Of a stretch of DNA of 64,000 bases, positions 14,651 to 28,884 are shown piece after piece. The DNA is from Chrysomallon squamiferum (Eukaryota > Animalia > Mollusca). The notes below the pieces were generated by a model. It did no database searches. It saw nothing but the letters and a program-made list of their open reading frames with translations, and was not told where the DNA came from. Within the stretch, counting starts at the first letter, position 1, and each line of letters begins with the position of its first letter. The DNA lies in NCBI GenBank assembly GCA_012295275.1, contig CM022674.1:434001-498000 (forward strand), written 5' to 3'. The position numbers and the translations under genes are program-made.

Positions 14651-16284
14651 TAATAAAAATGACGACAGAGACTGTAATAGAAGTTTCTACCCACAAGGGA
14701 CAATTACTCTCTGTGTAAATACTTAACTAGGGAGCCAGCAAACACGGACGTGAACCAATCTAGTTCGTGATCAAATATAACACATCTAATCTCACACAAA
14801 CAACGTATAACTCGCAGATAGGTGACGAAACCGATATAAAGAATGATGCTTTTGTGGTTTTCTGAGGTAGGTGATAGTCTGGTAGATATATAGTAGATAG
14901 ATAGACAGAGAGACAGAGGGAGAAAAAGTGACAGACAGTATAGATATAGAGACAGGCAGAAAGATAGATATATAGATAGATAGATAGATAGATATAAAAA
15001 TAGATAGACAGACAGACCTATCGATAGATAGATAGATAGACAGACAGACAGATAAAGGAAGAGAACGTAACAGCCAATTAGAAACAGATAAAGAGAGAAG
15101 GAAGGGACAAAGTAAGAAAGGAGGAAAGGAAGAGAGTTAGAGAGAAATTTTATTTCGGTGGAATTTAACACAATTTTTCTTTTTTCTCCTCAGTTTCAAA
15201 CGATCAGTCCGCACGCAATAAATACCAAGATGGCTTCAATGAATGCGTGCAGGAAGTGAGCAAATATCTGACGTCACACGATTTTGGTGACGTCGATCTC
15301 AAAGCGAGACTTCTTAATCATTTAGCTAACTGTATTTCTGGACCCGGATTCGAGACTTCTGCAAAGCGTTCCTTGTCACCATCACATATGACGTCACCGG
15401 AGAGTACGACATTTTCTCCTATGACGTCACCGGAAAGTACAACATCTCCGATTCCGTTTGCTTCAATGGCAGAACAGTCAGGGATTTCTTCCCAGAGTTC
15501 TCCAGTGATGCTGTCGTCAAGGATACAAACACAAACTGTAAGCAACAGCACGTGCACAATAACGAATAACAACGGAAGTGTTTCTATACCAGTGTTGCCA
15601 CAACAACCGCCACTGCAAATGGCGAAGGTTGTAAGCGGCGTGCAGGTCATTCCCACCAAACTTCCCACAGGAGAGATCGCCTTCATCCTGCCCGCCAATG
15701 TCCTTGGAGGAGCTGCAGTTCCCAATTACGTCATACCAATGTACACGTCATCGGGATCGAACTTTTCGTCAGCCAGCTCAGTGTCGACGATCACGACCCC
15801 CCATCCCTTTTCTGCCCTGACTACAGCGCCGCCTGTTTCCGGGTTTAATCCCATAATGCCACATTACAGCAACATTCAAACGTGCGCGCTCACACCCCTG
15901 CAAGAAAGCAACGTCTTGTCCTGCTCTACGTTGTCGCCCACTGGTTTGGGGTTATCTCCCCCGGCTTCGACGCTGTCCTCCCACACGTCGACTTTATCTC
16001 CGACCGCGTCGGCTTCTTCGCCGTCTACGTCGGTGCTGTCTCCCCCTTCGTCGGCATTCGCTCCTCTTCCCTTGTTCAGCAACTCGCCTGCTGCAAAGAC
16101 GGAGACGTATTCCTTCGCACGTGAGCAACAACCACCTCTTTTTCAGCCAGCCGGCAACAGAGACGATGTCGTAGCTGCCATGCCGATCAGGCCGAGTGTT
16201 AGCAACGCCTGTCGCGCTCAAAACGACGACGTCAGGAACGCTGCAGCTGCAAATCGCGACGAGTCAATGTGGAGACCGTGGTGA
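11705..16284 (+). CDS. HES1: Hairy/HES1-like bHLH-Orange-WRPW transcriptional repressor, whole gene: join(11705-11749,12180-12272,13848-13935,15194-16284), 438 aa
   Basis: The spliced translation reads [15 protein letters not shown]|[31 protein letters not shown]|[29 protein letters not shown]|[26 protein letters not shown]...RLLNHLANC...[19 protein letters not shown]...SMWRPW*. It has the basic-region proline (KPIMEK), an Orange domain, a hairy-type HC motif and a C-terminal WRPW. All introns are GT-AG with consistent phases 0,0,1. The symbol indicates the hairy/HES1/HES4 subclass; exact orthology was not tested. Confidence 0.95.
12180..12272 (+). CDS. HES1: HES exon 2, basic region and helix 1
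   Basis: tttcgacag|AGC...GAG|gtaaga; encodes [31 protein letters not shown]. Confidence 0.95.
12930..13180. promoter_or_regulatory. Putative enhancer in HES intron 2
   Basis: Non-repetitive GC-rich island with CSL site TTTCCCACG (13003-13011), CAGGTG (13079) and the CRE pair TGACGTCA (13148) / TGACGTAA (13159). Confidence 0.5.
13848..13935 (+). CDS. HES1: HES exon 3, loop and helix 2
   Basis: ttcttcctag|GGC...ACAG|gtaact, 88 nt; encodes [29 protein letters not shown]. Not in the ORF track. Confidence 0.95.
15194..16284 (+). CDS. HES1: HES exon 4: Orange domain, S/T/P-rich tail, HC motif, WRPW
   Basis: tttctcctcag|TT TCA AAC joins in frame with ORF 15247..16284, which ends TGG AGA CCG TGG TGA. 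Confidence 0.95.
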
Positions 16285-16751
16285 CGTCACTTTAAGTGAT
16301 GACGTAATGTGATATAACATTGATGGAAACGTACTGACGTCACTGAGGATGAAATAAGGTTGTCTTAAGGCGTGTTCACACTTACAGATTTTTAAAAACC
16401 ATTTATTTTTTTAATGGAATTATTACCTGAAGGAAGGGGAGATTTAAATACCTATACAAAATTTGTTGTAAGTGAAATACTAAATATTCAAATTTTTGAA
16501 GGTATGAAAACAAATTTGATTCGTATGTAAAGTTTGTAAGAAATTACTTTATGCGGATAGCAATGTTTCATGGAACTCATATTGTGGAAATACATAAAAT
16601 AGTTTTATTCTCTTAACTGTGATACTAAGGAAACCGAGATTTATTTAAAAGGACTAATCGCTGGCTATGCAAAACGGACTGGTATGTACGTGCCTATAGT
16701 TGGATATTACCACATTCATTTCAGTTACTGTTATTATTATTATTATTATTA

Positions 16752-16790
<39 letters not shown>

Positions 16791-18739
16791 GTTATTATTG
16801 TTATTATTACTTCAGCTCTCTGGATGGTATATTTCAAGTTAAACGGATTAATTATCTTTGTATCTATACGGATTAACTGGATTATTACATCTATCGGATT
16901 TATGATAAAAGTGCTAATACAAAACTATTATTTTCTTCGAATTTTCGGAATCTACATATACGGATTATTACGCCATCATTATTTTAAAATATTTTCTTTA
17001 CTTATATTAATTTCATTCATGACAATGGAAAGAGAAAGGGCATTTTCTGCCAAGTGCATATTTAAGATTTATAATTTCAGATACGTATTTCGTTTTTTAA
17101 TCTCTCTGTCCTTTCTGCCAGTCTATCTGTACGTGAGTCTGTCGCTCTTTCTGTCAGTATCTTTCTACATAATATTTTTCCTGTCAACTGACATATCTAC
17201 ACAGATAACGCATGAATATGTTTGTGTCATCTGACTGAGTGTGCGTATGTGCGTGCTAACTTCTTTACCTCAATAACTCGTATACATTTTAAACATTTAT
17301 TCAAATTTTATTTTCTAAATGATTTTATTTTAATTAACGATAAAGAAAAATGAAATGAAATAATATGACTTTAAATAAAATGAAACGCAGTAAAATTAGA
17401 TTTCTAAATATATATATATATCCACACACACATACACGCATATATAAATAAATTTAAAAAAAGGTACGATTTCTTAAAAAAAACACCAAATAAACAAATA
17501 AACAACTAACCAATGAAAGGAATATAATAAAGACTATACAAGAAAACAGATAAACATTTAAAACAGGCTTTTTTCGCATTAACACAGACATGGGATGTTC
17601 TGACTTGTATTAATAAGTACACATAGATTTAGATCTTCTTTTTTTTTTCTCTCTCTCTCGCCATTTTCTAACAGACGTCACAAACAGATATATTTTGTGT
17701 TTGACACGATACGAGATCAATCACTCGTGACTTCTAGAGACACTTTTGATAGATTATCTTTATCTACATCTCATACGAGGTCAGAGGTCAGGGCTACGAT
17801 CAGCAGTTTGACACTAATTTTGTTATAAGCTAAATGTTCGTGTCAAAACTGAAAGATTACGAAAGGGGAAAAAAAAGTTAAAATATTGAGAAGATTTGGG
17901 ATAAGACAGCTAAGTAGTTTTCATGAAAAACAGCACACACCCTTCGCTACACACGCACCCACACGTTCATACGCCCATACACACACACACACACACACAC
18001 ACATACATGCATACATACACACATACACACATACACAAACACGCATACATACATTCCTACATATATACATAGTATATACACTTTTCAAATGCGTTTTTTT
18101 TGAAAAATTGAGAAAACAAAAGAAATCAATAAATTAGTATCGAAAAAGATATAATAACTTTAACATTCCATTTTATTTCACACCCTAACTTGATAATAAT
18201 AATAATAGGGTTTATTCATTTTGATATACATCGCTATGTTTAAATTATAAAAAATATGTCCCTCTATATGCTACTGATCTCTCTCTCTCTCTCTACAAAT
18301 TTCTCTTTTACTTAATGAATTTAATGACGTCATATTTTAAAATAATGACGTCATTTCAGTCATACTAGATTGAGCTTTACTGGCAGATGTCACATACGAA
18401 AATTTGTACTAACATTATTGGATGACGTCATAATCAAATTACGACATCACAAAAAACCAAAATCATTTCAGTTTATCTGAATATCATAACCGAAATCAGT
18501 AACATCAGTAGTTGAAATATTCAACCAGATCAGATGTTGTTTTAACATATTCCAGTTTAAATATTTGTCTTGGCGAGTGTCTTATTATTAATAATAAGAA
18601 ATGAGTTTAATCATTCCGCCGTATATATTTTTCTGTGCCTTACATAACTATGTGTCTTGGATATGCATTTTTCATTATATAGTGCCTTTTTCAGTATATT
18701 ATATACATATTCTTTATTAATGACTAAATCAATTACCTC

Positions 18740-18791
<52 letters not shown>

Positions 18792-19330
18792 TTTATTGTT
18801 ATTGCTATTATTATTATTACTCTATTATTATTGCTATTATTATTATTGATATTGTTGTTATTATTATTATTTATTATTTTTATTATTATTACTTTATTAT
18901 TATTATTATTGTTATTGTTACTGACATATTCTATCTTGTGTCAGAATATGTCATTCGTTTTATACATTCAAGTGAAGGATTTAAATCGAGTTTATTTTTC
19001 ATGGACCAGATGTTTACCTGTAACATGTTTTTAGTAAAGTTATACCTCTTAAAACAACGACAAAAATAATTATCAGGAGAAGGTCCTCGCCTTAATACCG
19101 TACATTCCGTTTTTATCAAATTAACTGATTGATGATAATTCTGTGATACAAATATTTTTATATAATCATTGTTTTAACAATGCACAGTAAATAGTGCTAA
19201 AAAGATAAATAAATTATATTTGTATATTACCTGTATGAAGAGTTTATAATAATTTGTTGTATAATGTTTTTAAATATATATATTATTATTATTATAAATA
19301 AATATGAAATGTGTATTATCTAATGAAGCG
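16285..19330 (+). other. Probable HES 3' UTR, up to ~3 kb
   Basis: AT-rich sequence after the stop with several miRNA seed matches. AATAAA at 19208 and 19297 is followed by a GT-rich tract (~19330-19355). Earlier AATAAA copies also exist, so the 3' end is uncertain. Confidence 0.45.
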
Positions 19331-20496
19331 TAGTGTTGTTTATTATTATGTTTTAGAAGACAGATAAAAGAAAAATTATATAGAAAAGGGAAGTATATGG
19401 ATGTGTGTGTATAAATGTAAGAGAGAATGAACGAAAGAAAGAAAAAAGAAAACGAACGAGACAGCTATACATTAAGAAGGAAAGAAAGACGAATTTAAAG
19501 AAAGAAAGAAAATCGGGTGGAATGAAGGACAAATGACATATTTACTAACGCTGTCATATTTGTAAGACACGATTACAAAATGACATACTCTAATTAGCAG
19601 CAAAATAGTTTTTAACTGCCCCTAACCAAAGACTACAGCCTATGTGTGTCAAGAATCGATCCCATTATCTGCTGCATACCAGCTCAGCATAGTAAGCACG
19701 GAAAAATAAAAAAACCCAGAAAGAATGAAGAAGGTAAGAAAAATGGAGATACAGTTATTAAACTAAACTGAAGACAGAAAGAACGAAAAAAAAAAAAAAA
19801 AAAAAGCCTGGAAAAAGCAAGAAAAAATGTGAGGATAAAAACCAGTAAACAAAAGAAAGAAAAGAAAAATGAATGAAAAAAAAAAATAATAATAAAGGGG
19901 AAGAAAAAAATCACAAACGATAAAACCACCGTCTTGTTAAAAAAACAACAATGTACGTATGTAACCCTTTCTATCTAATGCTTCATAAATTATGATAATT
20001 AGGATTCATTCCAGCATGTATTAGCAACGCCCAGGCAATGAATAACGTACACTGAGAATACAACACCGAGTAATAATTTTGAAAGAAAAATATTAAAATG
20101 AAAAAGTTGTTAAAAGTATATATAAATACTATAAATTTATAAATATAATCATAATAAAAACCCAAAACAACCCCCCTAGAAAAAACCTGTACAATACGAC
20201 AATGAAAACTAAAATAGTTTTAACCTCGACATTAAACAAATGACATTAAACAAATCATGGCATGATGATGTAACACTATTTATATTGTTATTATTATTGT
20301 AACAGGTAATTATAATTTGCATCCGTGTTCATTGTAAAATAAATTCCATGCCATCAGAAAAAAAAAAAAATTAAATTAAATAAAAACTGAATTTCATTTG
20401 TTGACAGTTTTAATTTTTATAAAGTTTCCGAAGTAATCAGGAATAATCACAAAAAAAATAAATAAAATTAAAATACAAAATAACCTAGGGACACAG

Positions 20497-20533
<37 letters not shown>

Positions 20534-21151
20534 ACAAAAAAAAAAAAAAAAAAAATGGTCAACAAAAAGCAACAAAACAAAAAGCAAGCATGAACAACAA
20601 TTTAAAAAACAACAACAAAACAACAACAAGAAAATTAATAATAGCAATAACAACAACAAAACAACAACAGAATCTTAATAATAGCATTAACAATAGTAAT
20701 AACAACAAAAACAACAACAAAAAAACCCACGTTCCACTACGGAGATTCGATCGTCGATACCTCGGTGGCTGACGGAAACACGACTTTACGTAGAACGTAC
20801 TTGATCAGATTTATGTGTTCAGTGCTCGTCTTTTCTGGCGACGTTGGCGGCATGGAGACATAAATTACATTTACCGTTTAATTTCGCGCTGACAAATAAT
20901 TTACAACCATATATTTATATACCGTAAGAGTCGTTAAGACAGTAGAAAGAGTTAATTTATAACTGTATATTTATGTACGATAGTGGCTGTAAAACGTAAC
21001 GTTGGCAGGTAATTTAGTACGTAGATATATAAGAAATTTCTTTGTCTTTTTTCGGTGTAATTTTTTTTTTTTTTTTGCATTTATAATTTACTAGCTAATT
21101 GTATCCAAATAAATTTTCTTCGAGGAAATTTAGAACAGTGTGTTTATGTGG

Positions 21152-21199
<48 letters not shown>

Positions 21200-21707
21200 C
21201 TACGTGTATGCACACACAACACATACATACCATGAATATATGTCACCAAATCTATTATATCTATGTCCAGCACTTAAAAAAAAAAAAAAATTAATACCGA
21301 AAATGTATTCATAAAAGAATTTCAGTAAATAAAAGGAAAAAAACCGCTGTATATCAGTATGTCTCTGAAAGAAAAAAAAAATATATATATATATAAGAAA
21401 TTTGATATGCAAATTATGTAGAGACTGCATAAATAGGTGTAAATGTATATTAAGTAATTAATCAACAACTTGAAGCCTGTTATAGATACACAATCCAGTA
21501 ATCCCACAAAATATCTGTCAAAAATATGCTACAGGATAAAACAGATTTTAAAAAAAAGAGAGAGAAAATAAAAATATAAAAAGTAAATGAAATGTAAAAC
21601 GAAGACAAGAAAAACAGAGCAAAACAAATCACTTCAAAAAAAATAAATAAAATTTTTAAAGAAATAAAAGACATAAAGACGACAGACCCTCACTTATTAG
21701 ATGAGAG

Positions 21708-21905
<198 letters not shown>

Positions 21906-22185
21906 GAGAGAGGGACAGAGAATGAAAAAAGATAAAGATCGGAAACAAACAAAACATTTTTTAACATTCTGTCCAAACGGTTCGATCATAAAAACTACGA
22001 TCTGTCAAGCTAAATTTTAATATTTTATCCTCAACAATATTTTTCTCTCATTTCCCAGAGAAAAACAAACGAAAAACAAACGAAAAACAAACGCACACAA
22101 GATTTCCTTCCAAGATTTGCAGCTTCTATGCAGCGATCTTTAAACCTACCAGTTAGAAGTTATCTCGTTTAACCGATATAATCAT

Positions 22186-22218
<33 letters not shown>

Positions 22219-22950
22219 TTAAGTCCTGGTTTAGCAAACAATCCCGCAACTTTATCAATTAGACTACACAGGTTTAACCAATACGAGGCAAGCAGGAAAG
22301 AAACAACAACACAGGGATACGATCCAAGATGCTAAACCATTCTTACGACCATCAATCACATTAACCAAACCACAGCGCCACGAAGACTGGAAGGGTATAT
22401 ATATATATGTGTATATATCATCTTACAATAATCCTTTTATAAAAAGATTTTCTTTTTTTTTTTTTCTTTCCGAATCAAATTCTCCACTGGACAATCTAGC
22501 CACCATGGCGCAAGTCCATAGATCATCCCATTGTCCAGCGCATCTTTCATCGTGTCCAGGGCATCTGAAAAGGTTTCGTTTTATCTTTTGTGGTTAAACA
22601 CACACGACTGTTTGCTTACACTGCTGCCCGCGTTGAGAGAAAAGAATGATGTTAATAATAATAAACGATACCCAGATTCCAATTTGCTTTCTTCATGACA
22701 CACTTCGAGAGAAAAATCCGCATCATGGTCGTAATGGGGTTAAAGAAGGTGAGTTTTTTCAGTCGCACGAACCCACCCAAGAGGCGCAAATAAAGGGATG
22801 AATTGTTTTGTTCTTTTTCTTTTTAACTAGGGGAACTTACACTTAAAAGAAAAAAAGAAAGAAAGAAGAAAACCACTAAATTACAGACTCACTGAAGACC
22901 CGGCCGTGTTTGCACTGAGTGGTAAATGATCATTTTTGACCGAATTTCTA

Positions 22951-23051
22951 CGGATACAACTAGACGTATACAACTAGACGGATACAACTAGACGTATACA
23001 ACTAGACGGATACAACTAGACGGATACAACTAGTGGGATACAACTAGACGT
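22951..23051. repeat. 14-bp minisatellite (CGGATACAACTAGA) x ~7
   Basis: Directly visible tandem units with G/T variants. Confidence 0.9.
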
Positions 23052-23326
23052 ATTAACATAACTGATTCTGAGCTTGCTTCTTAAACCATAAGAACTGAAA
23101 GAAACTTTAGTTCACATTTATTTCACTACAACACCTTTGGTATTTTGGTTAATATTCGTAACGTTAGGACACGTTGTATTTTAAATATCGTTAGAAATGA
23201 AAAATAAAATAAAACAAATGTCTCCAGTGATGTTTAAAACCTGAACCTGAAGGCAAAGCTTAAACCGGGTGAGACAAGACTCTATCACCTTTGTTTACCA
23301 AACTTTGTTCTTGCTTCTTGGGTTTT

Positions 23327-23391
<65 letters not shown>

Positions 23392-23541
23392 TGCATCTTA
23401 AAATGTTATAACTGTCAAATTATAAATATGACGTTTACAGGAATTCAAAATGCAAATAAATACTAAGTTTCCTTCGCTAAGACAACATATATGTAGACAC
23501 AAACACACACACACACACACATACACACATATATACATACA

Positions 23542-23575
<34 letters not shown>

Positions 23576-23690
23576 TACATACATACATACACATATACAT
23601 AAATATACACATATATATATAATCATGTTGTATCTTTCAAATCACAAATTCTCTCTATATATCTCTTTCTTTCTTTCTGAGATTTTTGTT

Positions 23691-23769
<79 letters not shown>

Positions 23770-25262
23770 TTATCTATCTATCTCTAACGCTCTCTCTGTC
23801 TAATGAGCTGTGTTTTTTCTATAACTAGATTCTCTTTGTTAGCTATCATGCTGTTATACAGTGCGGTCACAAAACGCGGTTAACAGGGTAAACAGATGAA
23901 TGACCAGTGTGAAGACTTGTCTGTGTTATGTGTGAGAGGGAGTTTCTCGCCAGTTTCTCTCACTACAACTTGCTAACATCGAGAGCAAACACGATGTGGG
24001 GAGCTTTCTGTGTCTTCCGTTTGATGTTCTTATTGGTCAAAAGGTTTATGACACCACTGAAGAAGAAGAAAAAAAAAGAAGAAGAAAAAGACGAAGAAGA
24101 AGAAAAAGAAGAAGAATTCGAAAACGAAGAATTAAAAAAGAAATTAAAGTAAACGAAAATCATTGCCACATGATACAGTTATGACGAAAATGAATCCTGT
24201 GTAAAGAATGCATATCCATATCTATAATCTATCCATCTTTCTGTCTACATCCACATATCTTTTAGTATTTAAGAAAATATCCATAAAACAGAAAAAGAAG
24301 AAAGAAAAAACAAGATTCTATCTGTCGAGCTTGTTTTATTTCTGGACGCTACATAAACCTTATGTTAACATGTTAGTGCTGAAACTCCTTCACTGGGACG
24401 ATCCGAACCCAACCCCTTTGTCTGCTAACCAGAACAAAGATTTAACATCTCCACGTTACACGTGTTAAACACAGAATCCACAGACAAATGGTTCTACTGA
24501 CGCACACGTGATCCTCATTTCACGCTTAATGCCGCCAGTTCTTCGTCCAAGCTTCAGTCAATTTGTAAAGTTCGGACACTGATAGGGTCAGTTTGGGGAT
24601 TTTTTTGTTTTTGTTTTCTTGACGTCACGGTCTGATGGTGCGCGCCCTCTGTCGTCAGATTTGGTTTTCTAGTGGCGAGGTATCTGCTGGTCATCAGATA
24701 ACGTTGAGTGTGATTTTAATAAATGCGACCCTGGCTTTATTTGCTTTGACCGTATTTTAATCCAGCTTTCAATGAGAAGTCAGATCCCGTGACAAACAGT
24801 GACCACCACGACAACAACAACGACTGCGGCGACATTACCTCCCGCCGTCAACAACCATAACAATATAATAACATTGACAAGAGACAGTATGATAATAGCA
24901 GCAGCGATGATGATGATGACGAATAGGATATGATGATGATAATGATGATAATAATAATAATAATAACGAGAAGAAGAAGAAGAAGAAGAAGAAGTTGAAG
25001 AAGAATGCATGGACTTTCATTCTAAATGCTAAAATACTGTACTTTTAACGAACCTAACATTAACGATATTTATTTTACTTTTCCAATAATTCAAAGCAAA
25101 TATAAAATATGCTATTTCTTTTTTTTATTTTGTATTTATTTTACCACTACGACTACCACAACTACTACTGCTACTACTACTATTACTACTACCATCATCA
25201 CCATTTTTATTATTATTATTATTACTGTTATTATCATTATTATTATTATTATTTTGCAGATT

Positions 25263-25297
<35 letters not shown>

Positions 25298-26335
25298 TTA
25301 TTTTTATTTGTTTTTATTATTCATTCTCTGACAATTTTCTTAACGTTGAGAACAAAGTTTTAAAAAACCATTTAAAAAATATTTCCCGGCTGAAAATAAA
25401 TTCAAGTAATTGCTTTGAGCCCACTTCACATAACGTTCTTGGCCCTCGGCTATTTACAATTACACTCAGCACAAGGCATTAATTCTCGGGTCAAAAGATG
25501 TAAATATATTGAGTAAATTGGTGAAGCGAATGGCGGCGGGAAAGCACAATAACCTTTTAGCGTGTCCATTTCAGATTAAAAAGCCGCGCTCTTGAAATCG
25601 ACAAAAGGGATCTTTGCACGGACCATCGGCACGAGGGTGTTTATTTCAGAGCACGTGCCCAGGCACGCTCGTGACCTCTCCCTTAAAAAAGAAAAGATCA
25701 AAGTTTTATCGGCGGTAATTTGCTTTATTTCGCCTGCCGCGGTACCCGAACATTCTTCAGTTGTGAAAAGTTTTTGTTTGAATGTAGTCAAGTCTGAACG
25801 TGCTACTCTGAACTTCGTTTATGTAGTTAGAATTACGCTGTTTGGAAAGTCGATACTAGAACGTCATTATAGTAGTAGTGGTAGCAGTAGTATTAGCTGC
25901 AGTAGTAGTTGTAGTAAGATCATTAGTAGCAGCAGCAGTAGTTGTAATAGTAGTTTAACAGGAGTAGTAGTAGAATTCGAAATAGCAGCTATAACAGAAT
26001 AGCAGTAGTAGCAATAGTAGCATCATCGAAGCAACAGCAACAGCAGCAGCAGCAGCAGTAGTAGTAGCAGTAATAGTAGTTGTAGCTGTTGTAGTTACTG
26101 TCAGCTGTCACTGTACTATTGTACTGTTCCTGCTATTTGGTTCAAGATGACTTTACCTCACAGATCATTCCTCTCAGTTCTTCATTTAGCTGACTCATTT
26201 AAAGTCCTTAATAATATTCTGTGTCGAAATAAAACTACGTTAAAAATAGCCTGTATGGAGTGTTTGGTTAAATCGTTTATTTATTTATTTAATTTATTTA
26301 TTTATTTAATTATTTATTTAATTCATCTTCTTCTT

Positions 26336-26366
<31 letters not shown>

Positions 26367-26551
26367 TTATTATTATTATTATATTAAAAGAATATTTTTA
26401 TTTTATTATGTGCTTGTTTCTCTTTGTGTGGTTGGATGGATGTGTAGATGCTTGCACATCAGTCAATGCCACTTTTCATGGGTTTCAGTATAATTATATA
26501 TATAATAACACACACATATACACACATACACACACATACACACACACAGAG

Positions 26552-26582
<31 letters not shown>

Positions 26583-27341
26583 TGTGCACTCTCTTTTATG
26601 ACCATCTGCAAAACGACGACCGCAATGTATTGGTCAGACATTTTTTTTTTCTTTTTCCTCGTCGTTTGTGCTTTACAACTAGACAAAAAAAAAAAAAAAT
26701 ACATACAATCAAACAAGTGAAGCGAAAACATCGCTAACATTTGTACAATCACTGCATTCAACTCCGTCCATCGTTTGTCCTTTTCGTTCTGACAGACATG
26801 CACCGCCTGATGTCCGCCACACCGGACTCCCGCCACGGACCGGACCTGATAATGGTCATTTACGCGACGGGGCGTCCCGCTTTGCAATCCGGGCACGACA
26901 GACTCTGGGACACATTAGCATTCTTAATGGCGTCCCAAGTCATCGTTATCCGTCGAGACACTGTATATAATAGGTTTCCTTCTGGGCCAGTGCATAACCT
27001 TAGAGAGAAAAAGAAAACAAATTAAAATTAGAGAATGTTATGCTTGATATGGACAGGCATAAACTGAAAAAAAGATAATGATAAAAAAAAAAAAAAGAAA
27101 AAAAAAAAGTAGAAGAATGAAAAGAAAAAGAAATACCGAAAATAATGTCTGCATAAAAAAAGAAAATGAAAAGAAAAAAGAAGAAAGAAAAATGTATTTA
27201 ATTCACTGGCCCGGATTTGAACCCTTGAACCTTTGTAAACGTTCGTTTATGCTGAAGATGAGGAGAAATGATTAAGCCTGACCTTGACAACGAACGATTT
27301 TTATTATCATTTTAATAGTGTAATGGTTTTAGATACAATAC

Positions 27342-27408
<67 letters not shown>

Positions 27409-27716
27409 GTAGTAATAGTAATAGTAATAAACTGAAATAAGAAGACATTTTAAACTGAGACTGAAAGATACTTAGTCTGCAAGTCAGCTATTTGGAATCA
27501 CTCATCTGTCACTAGAAAATGATTTAGAGTTACTGGCCTTTGCTTTTTAAAGTAGATTTTAGTTACATTTTAAAGCAATACATTCTGAACATAATTATTA
27601 GTTATTCCTATTTCCTAGTTACAAATGCGCATATTAATAATCACAAATAGTCAAAACACACGCTCACACGCACACACACGCACGCACGCACGCACACACA
27701 CACGCACGCACACACG

Positions 27717-27748
<32 letters not shown>

Positions 27749-28845
27749 CGCGAGCGAAATCCGCGTATCTCCACTGAATTTCGAAGGAATATTTGTTAAC
27801 GGTCCGTCCCGCTTTCATAACAGGACAAATCACGGCTTTGTGTAAATAACATGTCATGCAGCGAGCCAAACAACAAAACGAGAGTTCACCAAGGGTAATG
27901 TCCCCTTTGATCTGTCGCACGCCAGGCGGCGCTCGTGCACTTTTAAGGACCCAATCATTGTCCGGTCATGGACGACGATAAATTACTTCGTCCTGAAAAG
28001 AAGTTAAAGAAGAAAAAAAAAAGAGGGGGAGGCGGAGGAAGACACGAGAAGGAGGCAGACACGACAGGATTATAATGAAAAGGAGGCGGTTGAAAAATGT
28101 ATGGGGAGAGAAAGAAATACCGAAATGAGTGAATTAACGAAACAAAGAATCAATCATCGGGAAATTCTTTTACACCCAACTGTTCACAGATAATCGAAGC
28201 TGATGAAGCTCATGTTTGGAACGGGAGTTTACGCGACTTCTACAACTCACTGAAGCTCTTGTGAAACGGTGTGGAATAAAACATTTATTAAATGGATGAA
28301 ATACAACAACAATCGTTAGAGAAAAAAAAAAGTGGTCTTTAGATAGATAGATAGATAGATAGACAGATTTATTGATTGATAGATAGATATATAATATAAT
28401 ATAATATATAAACCGTGTACCAAAAGTCAGTTTTTCACTTTCTTTGGGAAGGTAAAAACATAAGATCTACATTTGCTAATCGGAGATAGGTTACCTCATA
28501 ATGTAGCGCATCTGTGATCGATATTTTACTCGGAATTTTAACATCTGACATACAATTAGCGTTATAATACATTTATGATGATTTAGCAAGCCACAGATAA
28601 AAAAAAAGGTCATAATCGTTATTTTTAATTTCCTTTTTGATTTTTATCGGCTGATTTTTGTTCTCGAATGTTCTGTGCCACGGAGCACGCGGTGTAATGT
28701 ATTCACGGAAACAGATCGGATCAAAGCCCGCAGCGACCGTGTCAAGTGGCGCCATCTGTTATTGATACGTGTCAGTTTCCGTTAGATGTTACAGGGCGGT
28801 ACCTGTGGAATATGTAAATTACTGCACTAGTTAATAAAAATAATA

Positions 28846-28884
<39 letters not shown>

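Noticed and set aside
15318-16221. Antisense and alternative-frame ORFs within HES exon 4
   Set aside because: Shadows of a GC-rich coding exon with no recognisable product.
27205-27235. tRNA/SINE suggested by the B-box GGTTCAAATCC on the minus strand
   Set aside because: No A-box or cloverleaf nearby; too short to support a call.
28670-28720. miR-124-like sequence (gcacgcggtg)
   Set aside because: Only a 10-nt match, without the TAAG 5' end or a hairpin partner. Better explained as a CACGCG site.
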